A model generated the notes under the pieces. It saw only the letters and a list, made by a program, of their open reading frames with translations. It was not told the origin of the DNA and searched no databases. The position numbers were made by a program, and so were the translations under genes. DNA of 40,192 nt from Fibrobacteria bacterium (lineage in GTDB: Bacteria; Fibrobacterota; Chitinivibrionia; Chitinivibrionales; FEN-1185). Positions 27,387 to 37,209 of this stretch are shown here, piece by piece. The stretch is from contig JBBIGR010000045.1 in NCBI GenBank assembly GCA_037447435.1, positions 1 through 40,192 of the forward strand, given 5' to 3'. The number at the start of each line of letters is the position of its first letter. Within the stretch, counting starts at the first letter, position 1.

Positions 27387-28547
27387 ATGAAAAAGAAAAA
27401 GATTGGGCTTGCATGTTTTTTGGCTATCGCAGTACTTTGTACTACGGTTTTTGCCCAAAGAAAATACGTTGGATGGTCATACGGGTATCTTCCCGATTAT
27501 GCTAATTTTTCGGTTTCCAAAGTAAATTTTAAATGCTATACGTATCTCGCCTGGTTTGCAGTAAACGGTAATGGATCCGGAACAATAAACGGCATATCCG
27601 ATGCGACAGCCCAGACATTTACAAACACATGCCACCAAAATAATTGCAAAGCAATCATATGCGTTGGCGGCGCAGGTGCCGGACAGCCCAACTTTCAACC
27701 GGCAACAACGACCAGCGTAATGCCGACCTTCGTAAAAAACCTGGTGGCATATATGTCACGTAATGGTTTCGACGGCATAGATATCGACTGGGAAGACGGT
27801 ATCAACGGCCAATTTGTACCGTTTATGAAAGCATTGAGCACCGCACTCTCCGCAATCACTCCCAAACCCGTATTAACCGTTGCGACAGCGCAATATTTGG
27901 CCTCGCAGCACGGACCTGCCGCAGCATATGTCGACCAATTCAATCTTATGTCCTATTATAACGATGTCAATTCAATGGCCGGCCAAGTAGCGTCGTTTAC
28001 CAGTCAGGGCATTCCTAAAAGCAAATTAGGCATCGGGTATGGTTATGATACCGACAACGAAGTGGACGGCCCCAACGAATGCGGCAACGGCGCAGATGGC
28101 AATCCTACCGATATCAATGCCAAATGCCTGTGGGCCATCAATAACGGCTGCGGCGGCGTCATGGTTTGGGAAGTCGACCGGGCCCCTAAAAAATGCGACA
28201 GCGTCACTGCTTTTTATGTAAACAAGACTGTAACATCCGTTGTGGATGGGCCATTTGCAAGCATGCGTCATGCGCCAAAAGCCGTTTTTTCAATTGTTAA
28301 CAACGCCGCGTCGGGCATAAACGAACTACATTACTCCGTGCTTTCGGAAGAAGCCGTGAATCTTGAAATTTTCAATATGAACGGCGCTTTGGTGCAAAGA
28401 ATTGCGCGGGGCATGCAACATCCGGGAATCGATTACAGCATTTCTGTCGGAAAAAACAATGCGAACGTATCGGCAAAACCCGGCGTTTATGTTCTTAAAG
28501 TGGCTACCCCCACAAACAATATGGCCGGCACGGTGGTCGTAAAATAA
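27387..28547 (+). CDS. Secreted GH18 (chitinase-like) glycoside hydrolase with C-terminal sorting-like tail
   Basis: Signal peptide; FDGIDIDWE catalytic motif; LMSY, GGVMVWE; tail IFNMNG...PGVYVLK. Confidence 0.9.
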   Translation: MKKKKIGLACFLAIAVLCTTVFAQRKYVGWSYGYLPDYANFSVSKVNFKCYTYLAWFAVNGNGSGTINGISDATAQTFTNTCHQNNCKAIICVGGAGAGQPNFQPATTTSVMPTFVKNLVAYMSRNGFDGIDIDWEDGINGQFVPFMKALSTALSAITPKPVLTVATAQYLASQHGPAAAYVDQFNLMSYYNDVNSMAGQVASFTSQGIPKSKLGIGYGYDTDNEVDGPNECGNGADGNPTDINAKCLWAINNGCGGVMVWEVDRAPKKCDSVTAFYVNKTVTSVVDGPFASMRHAPKAVFSIVNNAASGINELHYSVLSEEAVNLEIFNMNGALVQRIARGMQHPGIDYSISVGKNNANVSAKPGVYVLKVATPTNNMAGTVVVK

Positions 28548-28569
28548 AGGTAATAAAAACTTTTGCTTC

Positions 28570-28612
28570 AAAGGCGTTTGTCGATAATCGGTTCCGACAA
28601 ACGCCTTTTTTT
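28570..28612 (+). terminator. Intrinsic terminator
   Basis: AAAGGCGTTTGTCG...CGACAAACGCCTTT followed by a T run. Confidence 0.85.
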
Positions 28613-28658
28613 ATTGGTCTTTTTATTGTGAACAAAAGCGTACGATTCGAAAAAAACC

Positions 28659-28716
28659 TTGACATTTTTTTGTTTTATGTGCATATTATACACATATGCA
28701 CTTTATACACATGCAC
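28659..28716 (+). promoter_or_regulatory. lexA promoter with tandem candidate LexA operators
   Basis: TTGACA at 28659; CATATT/TATTAT near 28682-28689; repeats TGCATATTATACACAT (28680) and TGCACTTTATACACAT (28697) overlap the -10/+1 region. Confidence 0.6.
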
Positions 28717-28739
28717 CATTCGCGCAGAACGGATAAACT

Positions 28740-29366
28740 ATGGACGATCTGACAAAAAAACAGGAAAACATTCTTCTCTTTATACGGAAATACTGGACCA
28801 AATACTCATTGTCTCCTACATACAAGGAAATACAGGCTCATTTCGGCTTCGATTCGCTCAATTCGGTACAAAACCATGTGAAGGCTTTGCTGAAAAAAGG
28901 CCATGTGCGGGGCATTATCGATAAGCATGGCCGTAAGCGAATGCTTGTTCCTACACGTAAGCAACACCCTGTCGACGCTTCTGTTCCGCTGCTTGGCACC
29001 ATTGCCGCAGGAGCGCCGATCGAGGCAATTGAAAATGTTGAAACAAAACTCGATTTATCGTCACTCGGTATAAACAACAGCGGAGAGGAATTTTTCGCCC
29101 TTCGCGTGCGCGGTGAAAGCATGATAGAGGCGCATATTATGAGTAACGACATTGTCGTCATCAAAAAACAACCATCTGTCAATGCCAACGATATTGCGGC
29201 CGTCATATGGAACAATGAAGCGACCCTCAAATACGTGCACAAAACGCCCAAAGGCATCGTACTTGTGCCGGCAAACAGTACCATGAAACCGCTGCCGGTC
29301 GACTCGGCAGCAACATCGCAGTTTTCCGTGCTCGGCAAAGTCGTACAGGTAATTCGCCGATGTTAA
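28740..29366 (+). CDS. lexA: SOS repressor LexA
   Basis: LTKKQ..IL...SPTYKEI wHTH; IAAG cleavage site; GESM (Ser) and ATLK (Lys) dyad. Confidence 0.95.
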   Translation: MDDLTKKQENILLFIRKYWTKYSLSPTYKEIQAHFGFDSLNSVQNHVKALLKKGHVRGIIDKHGRKRMLVPTRKQHPVDASVPLLGTIAAGAPIEAIENVETKLDLSSLGINNSGEEFFALRVRGESMIEAHIMSNDIVVIKKQPSVNANDIAAVIWNNEATLKYVHKTPKGIVLVPANSTMKPLPVDSAATSQFSVLGKVVQVIRRC

Positions 29367-29429
29367 CATTATTTGCGTCCAATAATTTCCTTTGCCTTGA
29401 AAGAGCGGCATGAAAAGCGGTTACGATAT

Positions 29430-32400
29430 ATGCACTTCATATCATTGCACAACCATTCGACGTTTTCATTTTATGCAGGCGTATGCACGCCGGAAGACCT
29501 TGCCGTGCGCGCCAAACAGCTCGGCATGCCCGCCATTGCATTAACAGACATCAACCGCATGAGCGGGCTAATCCGTTTTTATTGTAAATGTAAAGAAATC
29601 GGCGTTAAGCCGATTTTAGGCGTAGAGCTTTCGGAACAAAAAAACGACAATCGCCGCCTCGTTTGTCTTGCCAAAAATGCCGGCGGCTACGCCGACATAT
29701 GCGAAATAATCACAAATCGTCATTTACAGAGCGACACATTCACTTTCGGCACGGCCATGCAACGACCGTGGCCCAATTTGCTTTTCATTTCGGCAAACCC
29801 CGATATATTGACTTTACTCGCATCGACGCCGAATAAAAACAACCTGTACGCGGAGCTTGTCAATAATTCGCGGGAAACCAGGCTGCATAGCTGGACCGTT
29901 GCGCAAACCGCGCAACGGCTCGGTATACCGCTTGTCGTTTCGAACGCCCCGTTCTTTCTTGACAAGACCGATTGGGAAACGCACAGGATACTGAGTGCCA
30001 TCGGCCTTTGCTCAACCGTGTCGAGACTTAAAGCCCACGAATATGCCTCGCCGCAGGCTTATCTGCGGCCGCACGACGATATGGTTAAACTGTTCCCAAA
30101 CCATAGTGAGGCGATTGAAAATACGCAAAAGATAGCAGACCAATGCACTGTGACGCTCGATCTTGGCAAATGGATAATGCCGCAAGTGCCCCTTCCCGGC
30201 ACCATGAGTGCCGAAGCCCTGTTACGCGAGCTCGCGTATACGGGCCTTGCCCGCAACTACGGCGCTTCGCCTCTGTATGAGCAGGCAAAGCGCATACAGG
30301 ATATGGAACTTGACGTTATCGCAAAGCTCGGATACCCGTCTTATTTCCTTATTGTCAAAGACATACGCGACTGGGCGGGCAATAGCCTGCGCGCCGGATT
30401 CCGCACGCCAAAAGACTGCACGGTATTGCGCGGCAGCGCCGCAAATTCCATGACGTTTTTCAATATCGGCGTCAGCGATTTGGATCCCATCAAATACGAT
30501 TTGCATTTCCAGCGTTTTTTGAACGAAGACCGGGCCTCACCGCCGGATGCGGATTTGGACTTTGGTTGGGACGAACGTGAAAAAGCGCTCGAGTATCTAG
30601 TTAACAAATGGGGACGCGACCGCGTGGCCATAACCTGCACCACCAATCATTTCAGGAGACGCGCCGCGTTCCGCGAAACAGCCAAGGTATTCGGCTACAG
30701 TGAGGAGCAGGTAACGCAAATCCTCAAAAGCCACAAAACAAAGACAAAACGCATCGACGACGACGAAGTGGCTCATTTGCTTGCGCTTGCAGAAACAATA
30801 CGGGGCAAGCCCCGTTTCTTAGGCCAGCATCCCGGCGGCGTGCTTATTACCAATCAACCGATATGGCGCCATGTCGCCTGCGAATACTCGCGCGCCGCGC
30901 CGCACGGCATGCCGAAGGCTACGTCGTTGGATAGCGGCAGGATCATCACGCAAATCGACATGCATAGCGGCATCGACGAGCTGGGCCTCATCAAATTCGA
31001 CATACTGGGTAACGGCTCCATTTCCGTATTACGCGATTCGCTCGCCCAGCTGCATAATCAGGGCATGCCGGACCCAAACGTATCGAATCTCGACATGTGC
31101 TATAACGACCCGCTGGTACGCGACATGATACGCAACGGCAGAACGCGCGGTATTTTTTATATCGAAAGCCCTGCGCAAATTCGGCTGAACAAAAAAGCCC
31201 AGGCAGACACATTCGAGGAAATCGCAATAACGTCCAGCCTTGTGCGGCCGGCAGGAGCGCAATACACCAAAACATTCGTCGAGCGCCATCGCAAAGCAAA
31301 ACTAGGTATTGTCGACTGGGAATATTTACATCCCTCGCTCGAGCCCATTCTCCATGAAACGCATGACGTATGCGCATATCAGGAAGACGTGACCAAGATA
31401 TGCCATCAAGTCGCAGGATTATCCTATAAAAAAGCCGATCGCATACGTAAAATGATGAATTCGCTGCATGAGGGCGTCCTTTCCGGCAGCGACTATGCCG
31501 CTGTGGCAAAGGAATTCATGGATGGCTGCATACGGCATAGCGGCCTCAGCACGTCGCAATCGATCGAGTTATGGGAGCGCGTCAGCAGTTTCACGGGATT
31601 CTCTTTTTGCAAATCTCACAGCGCAAGCTATGCGCAATTATCGTTCAAATGCGCATGGCTCAAGGCCCATTACCCTGCGCAGTTTTTATCGAGCGTCATA
31701 AGCAACAATCACGGATTTTATTCCCGCGACACCTATATCGACGAAGCGAGGCGATTCGGCATACGCATTTTGCCGATCAATATAAACAGTTCGAATATTC
31801 CGTATTTCGGCAAGCACAATTGGATGCGCTTGGGCCTCATGCATGTGCGGATGCTCTCGAAAAAAAGCCTCGAGGCCATCATGCGCGAGCGAAAAGAACG
31901 AAGTTTCCGCAACCTCATCGACTTCGTACAGCGCGTTCCCATCGGCAAAAAGGAAATCGAAAACCTCATTTTGGTCGGTGCATTCGACGGTTTTGGCCTG
32001 AGCCAACCGGAATCGCTGTTTCTGCTCGACGACATCTACGATAAAACCTGCCCGTACAACAGCGCGACGTCGCTGTTTCCGTCGAACGCATTGTTGACAC
32101 AAAATATTCTTCACCCCGGCTTGTCCGATTATACACTGACGCAAAAATGCCTCAATGAACTTCGACTTTTGGGCTTTATGGTATCGGGCAACATTCTGGA
32201 CATACTCGATTTACACCCGGCCCATAAAAACGCCGTCGCAGCGGCGGACATCGGCCGCCGGTCCAGAGGGGAAACTATTAAAATATTCGGATGGCCGATT
32301 ACCAACAGGATACATATGGTCAAAGCGGAGCGGCCCATGCTCTTTGTGACGCTTGAAGACAAAACGGAATGCGTCGACGTTATTCTCTGGCCCGATGTTT

Positions 32401-32624
32401 ACGAGCGATATGCGGACGTGATGTCTGAAAGCGGGCCGTTTGAAATATGGGGACGCGTCGGCGAGGATTTCGGTACCTACACGTTGGAGGCGCAGACCAT
32501 ACGCTCGGTTCAGTGGTCGCCAGCAATGGTCGATTTTAAAGAAGCATCCCAACGGCTCGCCAACTCGTACAAGGCGGCAGACTATGTATATGCAGATGTT
32601 AAGAACCATGCAGTCGCAGCCTAA
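29430..32624 (+). CDS. dnaE2: DNA polymerase III alpha-family, error-prone DnaE2-like
   Basis: PHP HNHSTFS, RGSAANS, PPDADLD, HPGG, KFDILG, FCKSHSASYA, terminal OB fold. ~1064 aa without a long C-terminal extension; directly follows lexA. Confidence 0.85.
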   Translation: MHFISLHNHSTFSFYAGVCTPEDLAVRAKQLGMPAIALTDINRMSGLIRFYCKCKEIGVKPILGVELSEQKNDNRRLVCLAKNAGGYADICEIITNRHLQSDTFTFGTAMQRPWPNLLFISANPDILTLLASTPNKNNLYAELVNNSRETRLHSWTVAQTAQRLGIPLVVSNAPFFLDKTDWETHRILSAIGLCSTVSRLKAHEYASPQAYLRPHDDMVKLFPNHSEAIENTQKIADQCTVTLDLGKWIMPQVPLPGTMSAEALLRELAYTGLARNYGASPLYEQAKRIQDMELDVIAKLGYPSYFLIVKDIRDWAGNSLRAGFRTPKDCTVLRGSAANSMTFFNIGVSDLDPIKYDLHFQRFLNEDRASPPDADLDFGWDEREKALEYLVNKWGRDRVAITCTTNHFRRRAAFRETAKVFGYSEEQVTQILKSHKTKTKRIDDDEVAHLLALAETIRGKPRFLGQHPGGVLITNQPIWRHVACEYSRAAPHGMPKATSLDSGRIITQIDMHSGIDELGLIKFDILGNGSISVLRDSLAQLHNQGMPDPNVSNLDMCYNDPLVRDMIRNGRTRGIFYIESPAQIRLNKKAQADTFEEIAITSSLVRPAGAQYTKTFVERHRKAKLGIVDWEYLHPSLEPILHETHDVCAYQEDVTKICHQVAGLSYKKADRIRKMMNSLHEGVLSGSDYAAVAKEFMDGCIRHSGLSTSQSIELWERVSSFTGFSFCKSHSASYAQLSFKCAWLKAHYPAQFLSSVISNNHGFYSRDTYIDEARRFGIRILPININSSNIPYFGKHNWMRLGLMHVRMLSKKSLEAIMRERKERSFRNLIDFVQRVPIGKKEIENLILVGAFDGFGLSQPESLFLLDDIYDKTCPYNSATSLFPSNALLTQNILHPGLSDYTLTQKCLNELRLLGFMVSGNILDILDLHPAHKNAVAAADIGRRSRGETIKIFGWPITNRIHMVKAERPMLFVTLEDKTECVDVILWPDVYERYADVMSESGPFEIWGRVGEDFGTYTLEAQTIRSVQWSPAMVDFKEASQRLANSYKAADYVYADVKNHAVAA

Positions 32625-33822
32625 TGCGCCCCTCAGCGCACCGCTTTTTTGCGCAATTGATTTTCCCGCGTTCATCGCACAAGTCATAAGCGCTTACCAT
32701 GCGCAATACCGCAACACGGCATTTGTCGTCATTAGCCAGAATGCGCATAGCCACAAAAGCACGGTGGTTTCATGCTCGTCACCGGCAATGGCCCTTGGCG
32801 TAGAATACAATATGCCGCTGCATGTCATACAACGGCGATGGCCGCGTATTGGCATCGTGCAGCGCGATAAGGACCTTGAAATCGCCGCCTGCGAAGAAAT
32901 CGGCCGAGTGCTCGATCGCTACTCCCCGCAATACGGCGTGCGCGAAAACGGCTCGTGCATTATCAATTTATCAAGAACGCCGTCGCAACGGACCTTGCCG
33001 ATTTTGACCATTGCAAAAAAAATCCGCGACAATCTGACGGAAGCAGTACCCGTGCAAGACATTGCCGTGGGAATGGCGGGGAAAGAGGCCATGGCCCGTA
33101 TCATGGCGCGCATGGCGCGTCCCCGCGGCGTTTGCATGTGTGAAAACGGTCTCGAAGAGCCGACGCTGCAAAATCTTGATGTGGCAATGCTTCCCGGTCT
33201 TTCCGGCCCTTGCAGGATACGACTTGCCGCGTATGGAATCAAACGCATCGGGCAAATCCAGGCCATAACAAAAGAAGCACTGGTCGTGCGTTTCGGTAAT
33301 GAGGGCGAAAAACTGTACAGCCTTGCGCATGGCAGTGCCGGCCGCACGCAAACGTGTGCGCCCGCGCGCTATTGCGAAGAAACGATTCTCGACAAAGACA
33401 TCAACGATGCCGCATGCATCATGAAAAAAGTCAGGTTGACTGTCGACAAACTGTGCTTTTCCCTGAAAAACACGAACACGCATATCGACAGATACACTAT
33501 GACTATCTGCTATTCCGACAATAAAAAATCAAAAAAAACCATACGGCTGCCGCATATGACCAATGATTTTGTTTTTTTGTCAGAATATGCGCAGCGGGCG
33601 TTTACAACATTGTACGTACGACGGGTTGCGTTGCGCTCTATACGGATTGAGGTAAAAAATCCGCAGCCTGATCCTTGTCAAACGAGTTTATTTGAAACTT
33701 CTTGGGAGCAAAAACAAGCGGCATTGACGCGACAAATCGTGAAGATCCGCAATAAGAACAGTTTTGATGCGGTACTGTCCGGTGCAGACATCACCCCGGT
33801 CCGCCCTGCGCAAAAAGCGTAG
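32608..33822 (+). CDS. Y-family polymerase homolog, probably catalytically inactive (ImuB-like)
   Basis: CAIDFPAFIAQV N-terminal motif; the expected S-x-D-E position reads RENGSCIINLS; little-finger region; QTSLF clamp motif. Start estimated at ATG 32608. Confidence 0.75.
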   Translation: MQSQPNAPLSAPLFCAIDFPAFIAQVISAYHAQYRNTAFVVISQNAHSHKSTVVSCSSPAMALGVEYNMPLHVIQRRWPRIGIVQRDKDLEIAACEEIGRVLDRYSPQYGVRENGSCIINLSRTPSQRTLPILTIAKKIRDNLTEAVPVQDIAVGMAGKEAMARIMARMARPRGVCMCENGLEEPTLQNLDVAMLPGLSGPCRIRLAAYGIKRIGQIQAITKEALVVRFGNEGEKLYSLAHGSAGRTQTCAPARYCEETILDKDINDAACIMKKVRLTVDKLCFSLKNTNTHIDRYTMTICYSDNKKSKKTIRLPHMTNDFVFLSEYAQRAFTTLYVRRVALRSIRIEVKNPQPDPCQTSLFETSWEQKQAALTRQIVKIRNKNSFDAVLSGADITPVRPAQKA

Positions 33823-33868
33823 ACTATAGTACCGAGGTAACGAGTGTATAATTCAGATATAGGTACTA

Positions 33869-34828
33869 ATGAATAACAAAATACCATGGCAACCGCTTAA
33901 AGTCCCATTGCAGGATAGTACCCAAAGCAATATATACGTTGGAACATCCGGCTATTATTACGACGACTGGGTCGGCATATTCAACCCGCCCAGACCAAGC
34001 CGCAAACAAATCGAATCCATGACCGACGAACAAAAAGCCGATCAGGACCGGTTGCGATTCTATCAGAAATATTTTTCTTTTGTAGAAATCAACAATACGT
34101 TTTATGCCGAACCGTCCCTTGCCCACTTTTTAGACATCGAATCGCGCAGCAAAGAGAACATGCTGTTCAGCGTAAAAGTACACAAGGACATTTCGCATAC
34201 AAAAGATAACAATATCGCCCTTGCCCAAGACATGATGCGCCGGCACATCACCGCAGTGAGCCCGCTTATAGAAAGCGGCAGGTTCTTCAGTTTTCTCATT
34301 CAACTGGAAGACCATACCTTCCGGGCACAGAAAAAACTCGATTTTTTATTACGCGTTGCCTCTGTTGCGTTATCGGAACATGTCGATGTTCATATTGAGT
34401 TTCGTCATAAAAGCTGGCACGACGAACAGGTACTGACGGCGCTCAAAAACAGCGGCATCGGCATTTGCAATACCGAAATACCGCCGGTGCCGCATGCGTT
34501 TCCGCTCAAAGCATATGCGACTACCGATAAGGGGTACATACGCTACAGCGGCTTAAACCTTGAAAACTGGTATCCGCGACCCGGTCAAAAAGCGATCACC
34601 GCCAAAGAACGAATTGCGCAACGCAATGCACGGTACGATTACGAATATTCCGACGAAGAATTATCGCAGCGGGTAAGAGGCCAGTTAGTGCTTCATACAA
34701 AAACGACGAAAACCGGCATCGCTTTTAACAATCATTTCCGGGCCAAAGCGATACGGAATGCGATTAAAAACATGAAACTGCTTCTTGACAAACTGAATAA
34801 TGCCGAGTCGCCGTCATTGGCCGGTTAA
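33869..34828 (+). CDS. DUF72 (YecE/YunF-like) TIM-barrel protein
   Basis: YVGTSGYYYDDWVG, VEINNTFY, IEFRHKSW, YIRYSG, YDYEYSDEEL, FNNH. Confidence 0.9.
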   Translation: MNNKIPWQPLKVPLQDSTQSNIYVGTSGYYYDDWVGIFNPPRPSRKQIESMTDEQKADQDRLRFYQKYFSFVEINNTFYAEPSLAHFLDIESRSKENMLFSVKVHKDISHTKDNNIALAQDMMRRHITAVSPLIESGRFFSFLIQLEDHTFRAQKKLDFLLRVASVALSEHVDVHIEFRHKSWHDEQVLTALKNSGIGICNTEIPPVPHAFPLKAYATTDKGYIRYSGLNLENWYPRPGQKAITAKERIAQRNARYDYEYSDEELSQRVRGQLVLHTKTTKTGIAFNNHFRAKAIRNAIKNMKLLLDKLNNAESPSLAG

Positions 34829-35344
34829 TTCCTGCAAGCGCTTTTTGCGTTCTTCCGAAATCAATTTAGCATTCTCAATACGCTGGGTCGATTTCTCGGA
34901 AATAGTAGTAAGCAACCGGCGCGTTTTAGACGGGTCCTGATGTGCGGCTTGCGCAAGATTCTGATGCGTATGCGTCGCGACCAGCGCGCGATATCGATCG
35001 CTGAGCGTATTGGCTATTTTCATGAGCGAATCGAGCCGTTTGTCTTCGCTGCTTCCGGAATCAACTGAAATAACCGACGCATTATTTTGAATCGCCGCCT
35101 CGAGAGAGGCGGCCGTATCGGGCTTTGCCGGCTTTACTTTTGCAGGCATGCGTACACGCGCCGGGGCGATATTTTTTTTTGCTTGAGGAGCCGACGGCGC
35201 CTGTTGCTTGACAACAGGGGCTTCGAAAAGCGCCATGAGCGAGTCGTTTTGCGCAACCGCGCCGTGAGTGACGTTGGGGTTTTTCCTGCCGCAACTGCCG
35301 CATAATACGCAGACCAGCGCAACGAATAAACAACACGCTTTCAT
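34814..35344 (-). CDS. Hypothetical lipoprotein, last gene of the ABC operon
   Basis: VLCGS-C lipobox; ATGA overlap with the upstream gene. Confidence 0.7.
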   Translation of the reverse strand: MKACCLFVALVCVLCGSCGRKNPNVTHGAVAQNDSLMALFEAPVVKQQAPSAPQAKKNIAPARVRMPAKVKPAKPDTAASLEAAIQNNASVISVDSGSSEDKRLDSLMKIANTLSDRYRALVATHTHQNLAQAAHQDPSKTRRLLTTISEKSTQRIENAKLISEERKKRLQELTGQ

Positions 35345-36324
35345 TCGTGTTGTCCCTTTGATGCTTTCTGCAGAAATGCATCTTGCAGCAAGGCGTAGTT
35401 TTTTTGGATAAGACCGAAAAGTCCTTTGTCAAAAAACTTCATTGCAGGATCCCCGACGGCAAGGACCGCAACATCGACATGCGCCGAATCGCAAATCGCG
35501 GCAGACGCGCCCGTCGGCTTCCACCGATGCACAAGCGTCCGAATGCGACCCCTGCGAACATTGTCCGAAAACTCGTTTTTTTCCTTCACGGTCCATTCAT
35601 TGTCGTCGCCGGAATACCGATACGGAACGAAGAGATTGACATCATTGAGAAAATAATCAAAATCCGGGGTCAATACCGTTGCGCGAAAATCGGCGATCTG
35701 GGCCAATTCCCCTTCAGCGCTTGCCTTAAGAGCAAAATACCTCCGCTTGAGGTCCGCAAGATTTTCGAATATCCTTCCGGAAAAGTGCGGATACAAACTC
35801 GCCAAATCCTTTGCCGCGATTTCGGCCATCTTGACGGCATTGGAAACCGACAGCCACACGAACGGATTCGGTTCATTTGCTCCATTCAAGAGAATGGGAA
35901 TTGGCGATAGTACCGGGTCGGGGGGCGTTGCGCAATCGACTTCGACGATGCGGATATTGCGCTTACGCAATTGCGGATAAAAAACATCCTGCCGCACAAC
36001 ACTGCGCAAGTCGAACACCGCATCGCATAAGGAAAGCGAATCAAGAAGTTTCCCATGTTCCGTAATGAACTGATCGAGTTCCGCAATCGAAACGTCGGGT
36101 GGAATTGCGTTTTGAATAATGATTCCGGTACCGGATGTCAAATCGCAAAGAAGCGAAGATATCGCCGGAAGGGTCGCAACGATGCGCGGTTTTTTTTGCG
36201 GAGTGCATCCGGGTGCCCCGATTGCGAGTACAATCGCAAAAGCAAAAATAAAAAACGATTTTATACCATAAGACAAGCTCCGGGAAAGAGCGATGGGATA
36301 TACACAAAAACGGACTGCCGTCAT
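35341..36324 (-). CDS. Second, degenerate cluster A-I solute-binding protein (FpvF-like)
   Basis: RIVATLP, RNIRIVEVD, NPFVWLS; the usual His ligands are absent. ATG 36324 overlaps the permease stop. Confidence 0.75.
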   Translation of the reverse strand: MTAVRFCVYPIALSRSLSYGIKSFFIFAFAIVLAIGAPGCTPQKKPRIVATLPAISSLLCDLTSGTGIIIQNAIPPDVSIAELDQFITEHGKLLDSLSLCDAVFDLRSVVRQDVFYPQLRKRNIRIVEVDCATPPDPVLSPIPILLNGANEPNPFVWLSVSNAVKMAEIAAKDLASLYPHFSGRIFENLADLKRRYFALKASAEGELAQIADFRATVLTPDFDYFLNDVNLFVPYRYSGDDNEWTVKEKNEFSDNVRRGRIRTLVHRWKPTGASAAICDSAHVDVAVLAVGDPAMKFFDKGLFGLIQKNYALLQDAFLQKASKGQHE

Positions 36325-37208
36325 ATTCGCTCCCTGATGATTCGAACGAACAACGTAATGATAAAAAGTCCTGCGGCAAGGAGTATGATCGCCGAGCCCG
36401 AAGGGATTGATATATTGTAATGAACTGGAATGACGATGCCGCCAATTGCCGCAATCGTTCCGAAAACGACGCTGTAACCAACGAAGCTTTTTAACGACCC
36501 CGCGATATTGCGCGAGGCAGCCGCCGGAATAATAAGCAATGCCTCGACAAGAACCGCTCCGACGATTTTTATGGATGCAACGGTGACAAGCGCAATGACG
36601 ACGGCAAACAGGTAATAAGATACGCGGACGCTGGAACGAATCGACGCAAGCCCCGGGTGCAGCCCGCTTTGCAAAAAGGTGTTGAAAAACAAGGCGCATA
36701 TAACAAGCGCGACTATTCCCGTTGCGGCAAGCAAGGTAATATCGCCATAGCTTGCCGTTAATATCGAACCGAACAGGAAACTGTCGAGAATATGGATATT
36801 GATTGTACGCGTGACCGAAAACATCAACGCCGACCCGACGGCAATCGCAGAGGCGAGAAAGACGGCGATAAGCGCCTCTTGCGACAAATCGCTATGACTG
36901 CGCGCAAAATTAAGCACGATCGCAAAAAGCAATGAAAAGGAAACCAGGGAGATGTACGGCGCAGAAAGTGGCTCCCCTAAAAGAATGCCCAATGCAATAC
37001 CCGTAATTGCCGCATTCGCAACGGCGGTCGAAAAAAAAGCCATTTTCCTGGCGACGACAATAGTTCCTACCGCGCCGAGAGCCGGGCCAATGATGCAGGC
37101 GCACAAGAAGGAGTTAATGACGAACCCGTATTTGAATTCCTGCCAAATGATACCGTTTTGCGCCAGGACCTGTAACATATTGCGTATTGCGTCGTAAATA
37201 CCATCCAT
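36321..37208 (-). CDS. Metal ABC transporter permease (ZnuB/MntB family, FpvE-like)
   Basis: YGFVINS...GP.LG.VGT.VV...AFFS, LFGSIL, IVGAVLVEALLIIPAAASRN. Confidence 0.9.
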   Translation of the reverse strand: MDGIYDAIRNMLQVLAQNGIIWQEFKYGFVINSFLCACIIGPALGAVGTIVVARKMAFFSTAVANAAITGIALGILLGEPLSAPYISLVSFSLLFAIVLNFARSHSDLSQEALIAVFLASAIAVGSALMFSVTRTINIHILDSFLFGSILTASYGDITLLAATGIVALVICALFFNTFLQSGLHPGLASIRSSVRVSYYLFAVVIALVTVASIKIVGAVLVEALLIIPAAASRNIAGSLKSFVGYSVVFGTIAAIGGIVIPVHYNISIPSGSAIILLAAGLFIITLFVRIIRERI

Positions 37209-37209
37209 A

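Noticed and set aside
32440..32607. N-terminal extension of the ImuB-like ORF
   Set aside because: Lies within the dnaE2 3' end; Y-family similarity starts after ~32608.
36325..36699. N-terminal extension of the second SBP ORF
   Set aside because: Overlaps the permease in another frame; ATGA coupling at 36324 gives the plausible start.
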